From the NCBI GenBank assembly GCA_025603075.1, contig MU626372.1, positions 1 to 64,000 on the forward strand: a stretch of DNA of 64,000 bases, in the 5' to 3' direction. The notes below the pieces were generated by a model, which saw only the letters and a program-made list of their open reading frames with translations, searched no databases and was not told where the DNA came from. This document shows, piece by piece, positions 11,791 through 25,584 of this stretch. Made by a program: the position numbers and the translations under genes. This DNA comes from Neoconidiobolus thromboides FSU 785 (taxonomy: Eukaryota; Fungi; Entomophthoromycota). The number at the start of each line of letters is the position of its first letter. Position 1 is the stretch's first letter.

Positions 11791-12499
11791 TCAAAATATT
11801 TAACATGGTAATAGCGATAGCAGAGACATTTTAGTTTGTAAGTATGAAATAAATGCTGAATATAGTATACTCCATGTATGAAATGGATTAAGAAAACTAA
11901 GAGTTTTATTAATTTAATACGGTAACTTTTTGATTCTTAGGAAGCGCTTGGTTTAATAAAAAAAACTTGTTATATTACTGAAAAAGTAGTAGAGTCTATT
12001 TAATACATAAGTACAAAAAACAAAAATAGTATTAGATACAACATAACAAAATTCTGGCTTATAGAAACATATTTGACGTCTTTAAAAGTTACTAATTTAT
12101 AATATCTAAAGTGTAGAAAGATATTCAAATTATATAAGAGCCATATATAATAAATCCAACATAATATCATAGATTATCAAAAACAAGATAAGAGCTCGGA
12201 TTTAACAAGATTACTTATATAGCTCATTTTCTTAATATCTTAGCATTTGAAGCTTAATTAATGACGTTTTAACTTTGATCAGAAATAGCCCCAATTTATA
12301 GGCATTTTTAGTTTGAATGCTTCTAGCTGCTACAACTCTATTTCAACCTAATTGCTTATTTAAGAGTAAATTTTTGCCAATATCAGGCTAAATTCTGAAA
12401 TTAGGCTTCGAAAAAGCCAAATGAATAAATAACTGGCTCTAAAAATTACCATAAATTAGTCATAATAGAGCTGCTGAAACCATAATTTAAGTAGAATTT

Positions 12500-12598
12500 G
12501 GGGATGTGTTTTTGTGTTTAAGAATTTTACTAACAATTTTTCCACTTAAATAGTGCTTAAAAAACGGAAAAAGTAATGAAGTCAAAATAAACACTCCC
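12500..12598 (+). mobile_element. MITE family copy
   Basis: GGGGATGT...ACACTCCC; TSD ATTT/ATTT. Confidence 0.9.
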
Positions 12599-15490
12599 AT
12601 TTTGTAAAAATTCTGCTCCACTTTTTTTAAAAATTATACGTTATGACATCAAATTTTTGATCTAATAAATAGTAAAATTAATACATTAAGCTTTTTTTTA
12701 TGTCTATATTTTGAATAGTTTATCAAATTTATATTTAAATGTAACAAAAATAATGACTGATTTTGAAATAAAGACGATAGGATATCATCTACATACTTAG
12801 ACTAAATAGAATTAGCCTAGGCTCTTAGTGTTGTTCATAAGAAGGGTTAAGATTAATAAAATAGTTAGTTTGATGATAAAAAAATCATGTCTCTTTAATA
12901 AATCTGTCTTCTAGTACTTATGCATGAAATAATAATATTTATTATAACCCTTAGATTATTTCATAGCCAAATACTATCTATTTTTACAGTCTTTATTTCA
13001 AGATAGGAGTATGCTATTGCTTATTTTTCAATATTTAAAAGTAATATTTATAAGTAATATCGTCTAATCTATAAGCATTTTTGATTTTAACAAGTCTTAG
13101 TCAATTCGCCCATACTGATTTAAATTACCAACTTATAGTTCAACTACTCTACTAAATCCAGAAACGCTCATACTTCACTTATAAATAAATTTACATAAAG
13201 CAGAGTATAAAGCTTATGAATAAACTTATCAATGACAGAAACTGGCAAAAAGATTCTTGAATATCTCCTTATTAAGTAATTACTTTTCATTTGAATTTAG
13301 TATAGCTCGTGTTTTCACAGTTCATTATTATTAACCTCACATATCAACCTTAGCAAATCTTAACACGAATAAAATGCTTGGGAGTTTATGACTCCTTCAA
13401 AGTTTTCTAAATAAGAACAAAATTACAAGTTTTTTATTTTATCATTGTTTATTTTATTTTATTTTATTTTATTTTATTTTATTTGATGTATCTCTTATTT
13501 GGCTAATAATATGAAAAAAATTGGCATTTAATCTAAAAAAGGCAAAATAAATTAGTAAAAGGTAAAAAGAAAATACAAAAATCTTTGCTTATAAGACTCT
13601 ATAAGTTTAGAGTATAGCTAGAGTTTAACTATTAAACTCTATTATAAAAAACACGAAGCCACCCAAAGTAGTGATGAAAATAAAGCAATGGGATAATTTT
13701 AATGCTCATTGATTATCTAAATTAGGTCTATGATAATAGCAACAATGTCAAAAGCACTATAATTCACAATGTGATATCACATATAAGATAGCAGTAAATT
13801 TATGATGATGATAGAAATAAAATATTTGCCACTATCTTGTATCAATGGAAGATCCTAAAATTAGCTCATTTTAAAGGTATTAAATTCTTTTATAAACAAA
13901 TAATATAACAAAATAATTTACTAAAGATAATTTCTAAATTGAAAAGCTCTTAACTGAAAATAGAAGGGCGAAATAAATAAGTAAATGAAAGCCACATTTA
14001 AACATGTAATAGAAACTTAATAATACAATATAATAAAGAACAGGTTTTATGCAGGAATGATCTTTTATAAAAATTTTATACCATTTATTAACAACAGAAA
14101 TTACGGTTTATACAAAAATAAAGTCAGTTAGTATCTAATTTGGCTAAGAAAGATTTATGAGATTACTACATAAACATAAAGCTTTGAAAAATGAGCTAGT
14201 TAAAAATATATATGATTATTTAATGTATAAACTCACAATTATGAATAATATTAAAATTACATATACATCATTTCACAAATATATCATTATAAATAATCAA
14301 TTTTTATTCTTTACTATAGATTTATCTGGTGGTTTATCAACACCTATTAGTAATTTTAAAGGGATAATTAGTTATTAAAAATTTTAATGTAAGTTATGTG
14401 AACAGATTTTTAATAATAAACCAAAACCTCATTTAGGCTGCTTATTAGCTACTTATAATTTAAACAAATGCGTTGGAATTATTGAAAACTCTAATTTAAT
14501 TAATAACAAGATCCGAGCTGAAAAAACTTATTACTTATTTTAATGACTTTCAAGTAAATTTGTTGTAGTTGTTTTTTTAACTTTTATGTTAAATCTTGCT
14601 CTTCTTTACAACTATTTTGTGAAAGTCGCATAAACAAATGCATTTATTTTCCTTTTCTCAGTATAATCTCATTTAATGCTTATGTAATATTTATTATGAT
14701 CTGTTAATACTATTCAAGTTATCATGGATAAGCTTCAAAAGCTTGTCATAAACTAGCCTCATTTTTGGAACCAAAGTTCATATTTTATTTTTTAAGATTA
14801 GGCTAAATTCAGTTTTTAATTAATAAAATATTTAGTTTAGTGACATCTTCATAAAACGTGTTGAAAGGGAGGTCGTTTAGAGTAGCTTGGTTGCCAACTT
14901 GTAGAATTATATTTCAAATGCTTCAAGGTAAAGAACAAAAAAGTGGAATATAAAAATTTATAAGATATAGAGGCTAGTTTAAATATAGATAGATCCAATA
15001 GCAGAAAGCATTTCAAGGTTAGCATATGAAAATGAAGTTTGTGAACTTCTAAAAAACAACTCAGTTGGGTTTATAACCAGTCTTCACAAATATTAATATC
15101 CTGTTTTAAATTGCAAGGTTCTCTAAAAAAGGCGAAAAATGTGTAATAAAAAGGATCATTGACAACACAAGATAGTTGATTTTTAATTCTATTCATGTTA
15201 TTTAAGTTGGCTATTGCAAAATAAGCTATTAGCATTTAAAGAAAAAAGCTGAACCGTTGTAATAATTTAGCCGATCATTGCTATTGCCTAAATAAGCTTT
15301 AAAGCAAAGATAATACTCTTTGAATTGGTATTTCAAGCACCAATTCCATTTAACTATGATAACGTAAACAAAAATTAAATGAACAACCAAATAAAGTAAT
15401 GTAAATTAAAAGCTATGCAACATACAAATCCTCACTTACGATGAACTATAAATATATCTATTGTGACATGTAACAATTAAAAAAATCAAA

Positions 15491-17058
15491 ATGTTTTATC
15501 TCTTATCCTTATCATTGTTAACATTATTCTACAGCTTTTTTAATGCCTGCTATTTACCAAGACGTTATAGACACCTAAAAAAAATATCAATCTTGGAGCT
15601 TTTAAATTATATATTAAAAAAGAAATCTCTTTCTGAAACTTTCAATGAGTTATATCAACCAATTTTAAATAAACAAGGGTATAGCGTCATTTGGCAACCA
15701 AGGGTATGGAACTTAATAGTAACAGATTATAAAATAATCAAAGAGGTTATGCTAAACACTGAAACTTTTTACAAAAGCCCAGAAAAACGAGTAAATTATG
15801 GAGATCTATATTTTAAATTTTTTGGCGGATTTAATGTTGTGTTTTCGGATGAACAAGAGTGGAAACTTCATCGTAAATCAGTCAATCCTGCATTTAAAAA
15901 ATCTTGGGATATAAATGTATTTGCCAAAAGTGGCTATGAACTTATTGATAAAATAGAATCTAGAAATCAAGAGCCAACAATTATGCAAAACATGTTCCAA
16001 CAGTTAGCTTTAGATATATTAGGTCGAAGTTTATTTAGTTATGAGTTCCATGCCTTGAAAAATGGTGATAAAAATGAGAATTTGCTTAATTACAATCAAA
16101 CCGTAAAAGGAGTTTTTAATCTTATTTACTTTATGTTCCCTATCCTTGACTTTTTTGCTTCAAAACTATTAACGTCACGCAAATTGGTACATCAGAATTG
16201 TGATGACTTTAAAAACTTTTTAAAAAAAATTATTAACAGCAAGAAAGAAGAAATTGAATCAGGTTTAGTAAAAGATGACATTGTTACTTTGATGATTAAA
16301 GATTCTATAAAAAATGGTGAAGATAGCTTAACCAACGAAGAAATTTTGAATAACTTAACGATTTTTTTTGTTGCTGGCCATGACACCACAGCAAATACTT
16401 TTACTTCCACTTTGTATTTCTTAGCCAAATATCAAGTAAGTAGATGAACTATTGATTTTATAGGTATTAACACTTAATTATTAGGATATTCAAGAAAAAG
16501 CTAGAAAACAAATTTTAGAAGTTCTAGGCAATTCAAATGAAATCAAAGTACCAACTAATTCCCAACAAAAAGAATTAGATTATCTTAATTGTGTTATTAA
16601 AGAAAGCATGCGTATAGCTACAACTTCTGTTCCACTTAAAAGATATGCTAATAAAAATGCAACCTTGAGTGATGGGACTGAGATTAAAAGGGGAGATATG
16701 ATCAGTTTAGTATTATACCTTCATCATAGAAATCCAGAATATTTTCCGGAGCCTGAAATATTTAACCCTGATAGATTCAAAGATCCCCACAGTATACAAT
16801 CAACTATGTGGATGCCCTTTGGCATTGGTTCGAGAATATGTAAGCTCTGAAACTTTTAATGAATTCATGATTAATTAAATTTTAGGTGTGGGATTAAACT
16901 TTTCTTTGATTGAGCAAAGAGTTATACTCTTGATGCTATTACAAAAATATTTCATTCACCTTGGCCCTAGCTCTAAGCAATGGAAAACCCCTAAATATAA
17001 TTCTACTGGCTTTATGTATATTGACAATGCTGATATTGTATTTATCCCAAGGATTTAA
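15491..17058 (+). CDS. cytochrome P450, 3 exons (15491-16435, 16485-16839, 16886-17058)
   Basis: N-terminal membrane anchor, I-helix AGHDTT, ExxR (KESMR), PERF-like NPDRF; heme motif FGIGSRICVG is restored by splicing two GT-AG introns. Confidence 0.95.
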
Positions 17059-18039
17059 CTATTCACTTTATTTAGTTTGGAGCAAATAGTTAATATGCAA
17101 TTTTAGAAAAATCGGCCTAAAATTTCTATCTTTATTGTTTATTAATCATTCAATCTAAAAAAAACTCTTCAGAGGATCATTGCTAACCAAAGATTATAGC
17201 ATCATTATCAAAGTTTAAATATTAAAACATTGAAACATTAAAACAGAATGAGTTATAAGCAATATCAGTAAAGCTGAGTCCTTATTTTATTTTTGGTTGA
17301 CTATACTATTAGTTTGGGGTTATCATTCAAAGCTCGAACTTACTCATATTTTAATACACTTCCAATGTCTAAGAATTATGATAAAATAACAACTCTTAGG
17401 CACTAAGCCATGTTTTTGAGTCATATCCCTTTATGACCCGTATTTTCTTTTCTTTTATACTTACTTATTAGTTTATATTGAATTTTATTAAAAGCAGACT
17501 TTATTTTCATACAGATAAAATGAGGTTTAACTTAAGCTAAGTATTTCCCAAAAATAGATAAATTAAGTTGTGATGTTAAAATTAAACATGACAACTTTTT
17601 TTTATAATGTTTTTCGTAAAACCTTTATTATAACCTGTTTATAAATATAATTGTAACTATAGCTGTTATTTCAATATGCCCAAATATAGCTATTGTTATA
17701 TTTAAGATATATCAAAAAATATTTATAAGAATAAAACTAAGACCTTGTTAATATCTTACAGCATTAATATTATAATAACTAGTAGATAATGGAAATAAAA
17801 ACAGGACAATGTTTGATATTGCTAAGGATAATGAATGTTATCATAAATATGCTAAGTATAGATATGATTTAATAAATACTCACTAATATAATTTTTTAAA
17901 CTCAATTTAAAAAGTTATATTAAGAAAACCCTTAATTTTTTTGATCTATTTCACATGCTGAGTTTAGTACTCAGTATTTGTTTTCATATTTACAAAACAA
18001 AAGTCTTCTTATCGTTATTATGGTGTTAGGTATTTTAAC

Positions 18040-18570
18040 AATCATAATTGCTTAAAGAATTACATCATGGTAACAGTGAAAGATATATAAGTACATATTG
18101 TTAGCTTAAAAGATTAATTTTTAGTAAAACTTAATCTTAAAAAACAACCAAAATGATCTGGAGAAAAAAATCATATAGATTCAACAAAGGGAGCTCAAAG
18201 TTTTTATCGTCTTGGGATCTAAAGGATTTAAGCTATGAGATAAAGGGATTTGAGCACCGAAAGAAAGATAGTTTACTTTATTTCGATAGTATGCTGATAA
18301 AAGGCTTCAAAGATTCTAATAATAATTTTGAATATACTCTAAAGCTTAGTTTAACTCCTTTTATTGCCAAATAATCATTTCTTAGTCAATGTGATTTTGA
18401 TATAATTTAGCGTTTATCTTACTGATTTAATGATATCCTTAAGTGTCCTGATGATAGTTCTATTTCTATTTCTATTTATTTTTTACTCTCAATCTAGCTA
18501 TATTGTTATTATTATTTTAAATAAACTATATTTATAACTAATTGAAATTTGACTATTATTTTTAAAAATG
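18040..18570 (+). repeat. right arm of inverted duplication (partner 11250-11790)
   Basis: Direct alignment by eye. Confidence 0.9.
18153..18374 (+). CDS. 73-aa protein with C-terminal YTLKLSLTP motif
   Basis: Paralog of 11444-11665, same length and reading frame. Confidence 0.6.
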   Translation: MIWRKKSYRFNKGSSKFLSSWDLKDLSYEIKGFEHRKKDSLLYFDSMLIKGFKDSNNNFEYTLKLSLTPFIAK

Positions 18571-19555
18571 CTATAAATTGCGATTTCGATCTTATTGTCT
18601 GATATCTAACATTGAACAAAACCTTGGTACTAAAATCAAGAATGTCCTAGATTAAGGTTGCTAAAAACATGGTAATTAAAAACAAAACAATGCCGTGTAT
18701 GAAACAAGTAAAAAGGAATGAATACTAATTATTTAAACTAAATCTGCTAAAAGATTTGCTATTAAATTATATCTTGGTTTTTTCCCCATAGTTAAATTTT
18801 TATGCTTTATAAAATCACTAGAAATTTACTTCTCCAAAAAATCTATGCAATTAAAGATTTTAAAAACTGATAACTGTTTAAATTGTTTAAAGTGTGTAAT
18901 TTTCGTATATAAAATATTTGATTTTATTTCTTATTTTATTTTTCTTATATTACTATAAGAATATTAAAATATATTTATGAAATACAAAAGCCATTAGCTA
19001 AACTATATATAATTTTAAGTGGTTTTAACCTTATAACCTGTTTTAAAACTAAACCTTAGTCTAATAAGTTCTTCTAATATAATACTAATTCTGCTATTGT
19101 TTTTTAGAACATATATGATTGAGAGTTAGATGTTACCTGTTTCCCCGCATAGCTTATATTTAAAAGTTTGGAGAAATAATGTTATTTTAACTCCAAAATT
19201 TAAGATGCCAACTTTTTTGGGTTGCTTTTTGTTAGTTTTATTTTTACGCTTTTACAATTTTAAATGGCCCATAAAGATCCGCATTTTAGTTTTACTAATA
19301 AATCGAGGAACTTTCACGGTTTTGTTTTAGGGCTATATCCTTAGGCGTTTTAGTTAAATAGCAGTTTTTATGATAACTAAATAAAAACAATATAATATAC
19401 AGTTCAAATATTATTTAACATAACAAAACAGATGTTTTTTACAATTTTTGATTAGCATTGACTATATTTGTAAAACCATGGTAATGTTATTTTTATTTTA
19501 TCATTTGTAATGCTATTCCTTTTAATAAGATTCAGAATAAATTTATGGAAATTTA

Positions 19556-19954
19556 ATGGGTGTAGTAAATTTTAGTATAAAAAGAGAGATTAATTATTTA
19601 CAAACTAAAATAAAGATGCTAAATAAACAAAATAACAGACAATATTTTAGCTCCACTATACCTTTCAATCAAAATTTAATAAACTATTTAGATGATAAGA
19701 ATAGTAAAAAAAATTTACTGCGCTTATTAAAGTTTAAATTAAATATTAGGAATGGTAGTTATACTAAAGAAACAAATACAAATACAAAGGCTACGACTGC
19801 AAGGCCATTGAATAAATTAAGTAAAGAATATCAAATTGGCTTCGAACAGCGCTGTGAAATGGATGAAATTGAATTTGAAAACATAATAAATAATGGATAT
19901 GGCAATACGATTTATACACTAAACTTAACTCTATCTCCTTACTTGATTAGATAA
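19556..19954 (+). CDS. small protein with C-terminal FENIINNGY...YTLNLTLSP motif (start uncertain)
   Basis: Shares terminal motif with three other ORFs in the window. Confidence 0.55.
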   Translation: MGVVNFSIKREINYLQTKIKMLNKQNNRQYFSSTIPFNQNLINYLDDKNSKKNLLRLLKFKLNIRNGSYTKETNTNTKATTARPLNKLSKEYQIGFEQRCEMDEIEFENIINNGYGNTIYTLNLTLSPYLIR

Positions 19955-20057
19955 TCAAACTTTGCTTTTGTAAATAAATATTTTTAGATATCATTTTTTA
20001 TTTGTTTCTTTTTTATTATAATAAACTGTTTTATATCTCTTGTAAACTTTGATATAT

Positions 20058-20148
20058 AGGGTGTTTTTTTGATTTCAGCACCTTTTCCCTTCTAAATGCT
20101 GCTGAGCAGAAAAAATGTTAGTAAATTTCCTAAACAGAGAGACATTTT
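20058..20148 (-). mobile_element. degenerate MITE copy (variant subfamily)
   Basis: Core similar to consensus; variant end ctaaacagagagacattt shared with the 28694 copy. Confidence 0.6.
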
Positions 20149-20433
20149 TATGTCCAACTTGCCATTTTTTAAATCATTAATTAGTTTATTTAAATTTAAA
20201 CCTATTATTTGGACACACTTATTGCTATGACAATATTGATAGCGCCTTTTTACGTCTCAATTACTTACTTACATATAGTTTAAAACTCAAAAAAACATCG
20301 CTAAATGTTTAACAAAAGTTAGCTCAGATACATTATTTTTCTAATTTTTCCATATATTTTAAATTAATTTTTAGTCTCAAGATATTTTTTACAATACTTG
20401 TATATTAGGTAAAGTAAATTGCTAACACTATGT

Positions 20434-20532
20434 GGGGGTGTTTTTTTTTATTTCATTACTTTTCCATTTTTTTAGGCCCTATTTGAGTGAAAAGATCGTT
20501 AGTAAAATTCTCAAACAAAAAAATACATCCTC
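20434..20532 (-). mobile_element. MITE family copy
   Basis: GGGGGTG...TACATCCTC, reverse orientation. Confidence 0.85.
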
Positions 20533-21929
20533 GTATTAACAATAGCTGTTTAACAATATGGCTTAAAATGAAGTTGTAAAATTGAAGTTTTATTTTAATC
20601 CTCACTCAACTTCGAGATATCCCTTAGTAAGACTATAAATATAAGGTATGATTATAAATGACTAACTATGCAATTTACTTTAACCTGGGGTATTTAAAGC
20701 AAACTAGAACACTAGGTCGTAAAAACTCGATATATATAACAAAAGTATGATCAACAACAACAAATAGCTTAAATTAAATATTCAGTTAAAAAAAGGGGTG
20801 TAGTAAGAATTAACTTGACAAATTGGTTGTTATTTTTATTTTTTATCATGCACACAAAGTTTTTTTTTACAAACATCTTATCTTCTGTAGCTTAATTTTC
20901 GTTAATTTCGTAGTAATTATTTTATTATTTCAGTCCAAATAAGCAGTGATTTGTTATAATTTAACTATGCTGTTATTTAAAAAGTTGTAATGTTCTGTTT
21001 AAAAAAATTCAAATTAAGCAACTAAACCTAAAAATCTCAATATAAAATATAATTCAACCTCAAAATTCAAATAAATTAAGCACAACCTTTAATATAACAT
21101 CAATATACTATCAAATATTAAATACTAAAATCGGTACTTCAATTCTCTTTAGGTCCCGCTTCTTTTTAAAAACATGTCATTATTATTAAATGTAAATTCA
21201 TTATATGATTTTATATTTATTATCCCTACCTAAAACTTTATTCTAAGACCTTCACCATTAATTATGAATTGTAAGTGCTTTTCCGTTATCGTTGGCTTTT
21301 TTTATTAAAAATAAATTGATTTATCCTTGTAGTAGTTTTTAATGACAGTATAGTATAAAATGTTGATTAAATTTTGGCATGTTGATCACTATCTTGAAAT
21401 TATATAGAAATTCTAAGACTATTTTATATAAAGCCACTTTAGTATAGCTTAAAGTGAAGCTAGTAAGTTACAATAATGTTAAAACTATGCTCTTAAAATA
21501 CCATAATAAGTACAGATTAGGTGATAAAGACAGATAAAATTAACAATATTAACCAAATTTTAAACCTCAAAAGTTCAATTTTAAAAATAGGAGCTAATTT
21601 GAATTAGATAAGAACATTTTTACTTTTTAATTAATAAAATTACAAATACGTATAAGCCATATTAGATAAACTAAACAGGTTGACTAAAATTGTATATAAA
21701 ATTTTACCATTGATTTAATTTTAAGTAACAAGGCTTATATAGCTAGTTTTAACAACCCAAGGGATTACCACTTTCTTTGTAATTACATTTAATTTGTGAT
21801 ATTCAAGGTAAATCGAAGCTGGAACAAAAAGGAACATTGAGTATAAAATAGTCTATAAATAAAACTTTATTCTAATTTTTAAACTATATATTCCTTTATA
21901 AAGTAAGTTAAGTATCCTTTTTATTTATA

Positions 21930-23297
21930 ATGTCATTTTATTTATTTATTATAAACTTTTTACTTCACATGATTAATGCAGTAGTACCGAGAGTAACAGG
22001 TGGCGGATGTATAGTAGTGAAAGATGAGTTATATTATTTGGGAGGATTTGTCTCAATACCAAATATAGATGTATCCGAAATCAATAAAAATTTATGCAAA
22101 TTAGATTTGAAAAAAGGATTTAAAGTGATTAGTAATACAGTAGAGTGGGAATCGTATAGTTCAATTAATCCACCTGTAACTGCACATGGCCCGTATGTAT
22201 TTTATTTATAAGATAATACATACATTACTTTTCAAAGTACCTTTGCGACGGTCCCATGATTTGATTACTTTAACATTAAAAGCAAAGAATGGTATAAGGA
22301 ATATATAATTAAAGAGTTATATAAACCAAACGATAAGTCAAATGCTTCGATAGATATAGGCATTGATGGATATACTCCCTATTTTTATATTCTACAAGAT
22401 GAATTTAACCTAAACAAGCTTTATATTTCTGGCTATTTAAGCAAAGAGCTACCATCAATAAGGGTAAAGTTGTCTGATATTCAATCGAAGGAAATGATAT
22501 CAATTTATAAAGTTAAGGAAGGATATTACGTGCTTCAGTTGTTTACCAAGGATGATAAGATTTACTTCTTAGAATATTCAAAGGATAATGCGAATAATAC
22601 TGGTTTTATTGATATAATATACGAATTAAACTTAATGACCAATGAGGTAAAAAAGCATAACATTAAACTTAGAGATGGATTTTATAAACATGTATTAAAG
22701 AGTGAACAAGCAACTTACTTTGTTATATGTAATCATAAACCCGAACCGAATGTTTATCAAGTTCAATTTAAACCTTTGGGTTTCAGGAAGTCAGAGAAAA
22801 CAAGTATTACAAATTCTAATAGGTCTTGCCTTGTTATTTATAACAAAATTGTTATAAATTCATTTGATTTTACCATTTTAGATAATAAAGATTCAAACAA
22901 ACTCCAAAGTATGAGTCAGATACAAGTATTAAATGCTACCAATTGGAAACTCCTTGAAGGTTTGCCTTCATCAATTGGCGAAAACAGCTATACTCTAAAC
23001 AAGGATAACAGCGGACTATACATAGGAATAATTATGGGAGTGATAAGACTGATCATGTCAACAAGTACTGCTATAGTATTTAAACTATATAAATATAAAC
23101 TAAAGAAAGAAAAACCTCCAAGTCTTATTATTCAACCTATTGCTATTGAACCTACTGATATATCTGATACTAATACTACTTTTTATGACACTGGAATTTT
23201 TACTTATTGTCAAAAGATAGATAATGCTAACACTGTGTTACCTATAAATTATAAATTTAATTCCAAAGAGTATAAAAATAAAAGTGAAAATTTTTAA
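21930..23297 (+). pseudogene. pseudogene of kelch-like single-pass membrane protein (paralog of 51838-53202)
   Basis: One reading frame colinear with the intact paralog but with in-frame TAA (22209-22211) and TGA (22257-22259). Confidence 0.85.
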
Positions 23298-23459
23298 TGC
23301 CATTGAGTTTATTATTAAACTTATATATATACCTTATTTATTTTATATAATGATAATTTATAAAATCAAGATAATAAAAATGCCTTTTCGATAATCCAAT
23401 TATTGAAGGTTGACACTCTTATCATTCATTAAAATTAAACAAAATTTTAATAACGAAAA

Positions 23460-24120
23460 TTTAGGTACTGTCCCTACCTGCTCGTCTTTACCCCCTGATC
23501 CCTTCATTGGCTTTTTATTGGTGAAGGATCTTAATCTTAAATCTTCCTATCCTATGACGTTTTACTTATTCTATTTTTGATCCACTTCCTGCCACTGCTC
23601 ATTTTAAACTAATTTCCCTCATCTGTCCTCAATTTTCAGTTATTGGCCTAGTTTCTCTTAATATGCTTACCTCGTATTCATTCCCTTTTAGACTTTAAGC
23701 CTATGTTATTACTGATTTCAATGTTTTCTCTATGATTTTTCCTAATTATATTATCTTTATCTATGTCCTCTATTTTGTTTCTGAATTTTCTCCTTTTATT
23801 ATATCATTTATCCTATATCCAGGATTTTGTACCATATACATAAGTTTTATGAAAATTCAATTTAATCTACCGTCTCCTTCTTCCAATCATTTAATCCCAT
23901 CTATCTCCTTCACTCAATGAGAAACTTTGTGTGACTAGGATTGAGATGTATTCCTTTTTAACCCCCCCCCCCAATTCGAAAGACGCTTGAAGAGCTTGGA
24001 CTCACTTCTTATTCTTCCACAATATATCTTGTATAGCGGTTCTGTCATCAGACTTTACTGCCTCTAATATTTATCCTCTTATTTTAGTTAGTATAATACT
24101 TGGGATACAAGTCTTTCAAG
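23460..24120 (-). mobile_element. possible decayed non-LTR (LINE) retrotransposon fragment
   Basis: Strong purine skew on the minus strand; NNIGLKSKRE*I...VSILRETR resembles the start of an APE endonuclease domain; many stops. Confidence 0.3.
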
Positions 24121-25485
24121 GGAAAAAAAAAGAGTACTATTCAAAGCAAAAATCAGAAAAACAAATAGTCTGTATATGCTTTAGCATTAAAAAGTTTACT
24201 AACATATTTAATTTCAACATTGAATCTCCAATCTTATAGTATATATATATGATATATACAAAGCTATCTTTAGTAACATAAGCCCTAAGTACTTGAATAT
24301 TTTCTCTATTTTTAGAATGGAAAATCGCCTGACTTATCGACTTTAATAGTGCAAAAGTTAGGCTAACTAAGAACAAAAGAGGTTATAACTATCCCACTTA
24401 ATCTCACATTCCTCTCTTACATAATCTGTTACTTTATCTAGTTGATAAAACACTTACAAGTTAGTGCTATTTCAGGGTTCTAAGAAAAATGTATAAATGA
24501 TTTATTAAAAGTAATTAATATAATTTAAAAATATTGAAACACCAAAAAGAAAAGGAAAAGATAGAAGTAAAAAGCAAGTATAGTTTTATTATATGATTAT
24601 ATAAATAATACAATTTTATATAGACTGTATGAAAAAAAGATACAAAGTTATTAAAAATGATACCAATACGCCTAACTGCCCAAAAAAGTCATACAGATTA
24701 CCTTCTAAGCCAAAACTAAAACCAAGGCTTCCAATAGTAACAGTACTAATGGAATCCATTCTATCCGTTTATTTGTATATCCCCTCTTCTTTTGATTTAA
24801 TATTACTGGAATAAAATCTAATAAGCTTATACCTAATATCCTTCGTTAATTACGGAGTATTATCAAAACAAATCGAAGGTTGGCAACAATAATAAAGCCC
24901 GCCCACTTTATTTATATTTAATAATTTTTTCTTATTATCTGGTGCCATAATAAGCAGCCTTGTAACAGGAATGAATAACAATGAAATCTGACCCGTTTAA
25001 TTATATTAATTTCTTGTAGCCATTATTTAAAGTCCAAAAACCTAACCCAGACCAATATTAATATTAATAATAGGGATCTAAGTTTGAAATCCTTTTCATC
25101 TCAATTAACGTTATTGATTTATATCTTATCTAGTAACAATAATAAGAAAAGCATAGACTTAAGTAAATTATTTTATTCCCCTTAACGTATAATATTACTA
25201 AAAAAAGCTGGTTTGATAACAATAACAAAAACCAAAACACATTTGTAATTAGAATTAACTCACTATCTGTTGCCATCAAATTGAGTCAAGCTTGTATCAA
25301 AATATATTAAAACACAACCTATCTATTAACATCTAAAACCTTTTTTTTAATATCTAGTACTACTATAATAAAAACTAAATTAGCAATAATAATAAACTAA
25401 ATTTGAATACACTGATCCTTTTTCCACTATTTTAATTACCAAAAAAACTATACATTATCAATAGAAACAAAAACACTCATTATTT

Positions 25486-25584
25486 TGGGATGTTTTTTTT
25501 GGCCTCATTACTTTTTCTATCCTTTGAGTGCTATTTAAGCGGAAAAATTGATAGTAAAAGTCTTAAACACAAAAATACATCCCT
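25486..25584 (-). mobile_element. MITE family copy
   Basis: Reverse orientation; ATTT/ATTT flanks. Confidence 0.85.

Noticed and set aside
15491-17058. P450 as tailoring enzyme of a biosynthetic cluster with the terpene-like ORF or peptide precursors
   Set aside because: More than 12 kb from either, with unrelated genes between; no evidence of linkage
18446-18480. CTGATGA motif as a hammerhead ribozyme core
   Set aside because: No downstream GAAA or stem architecture
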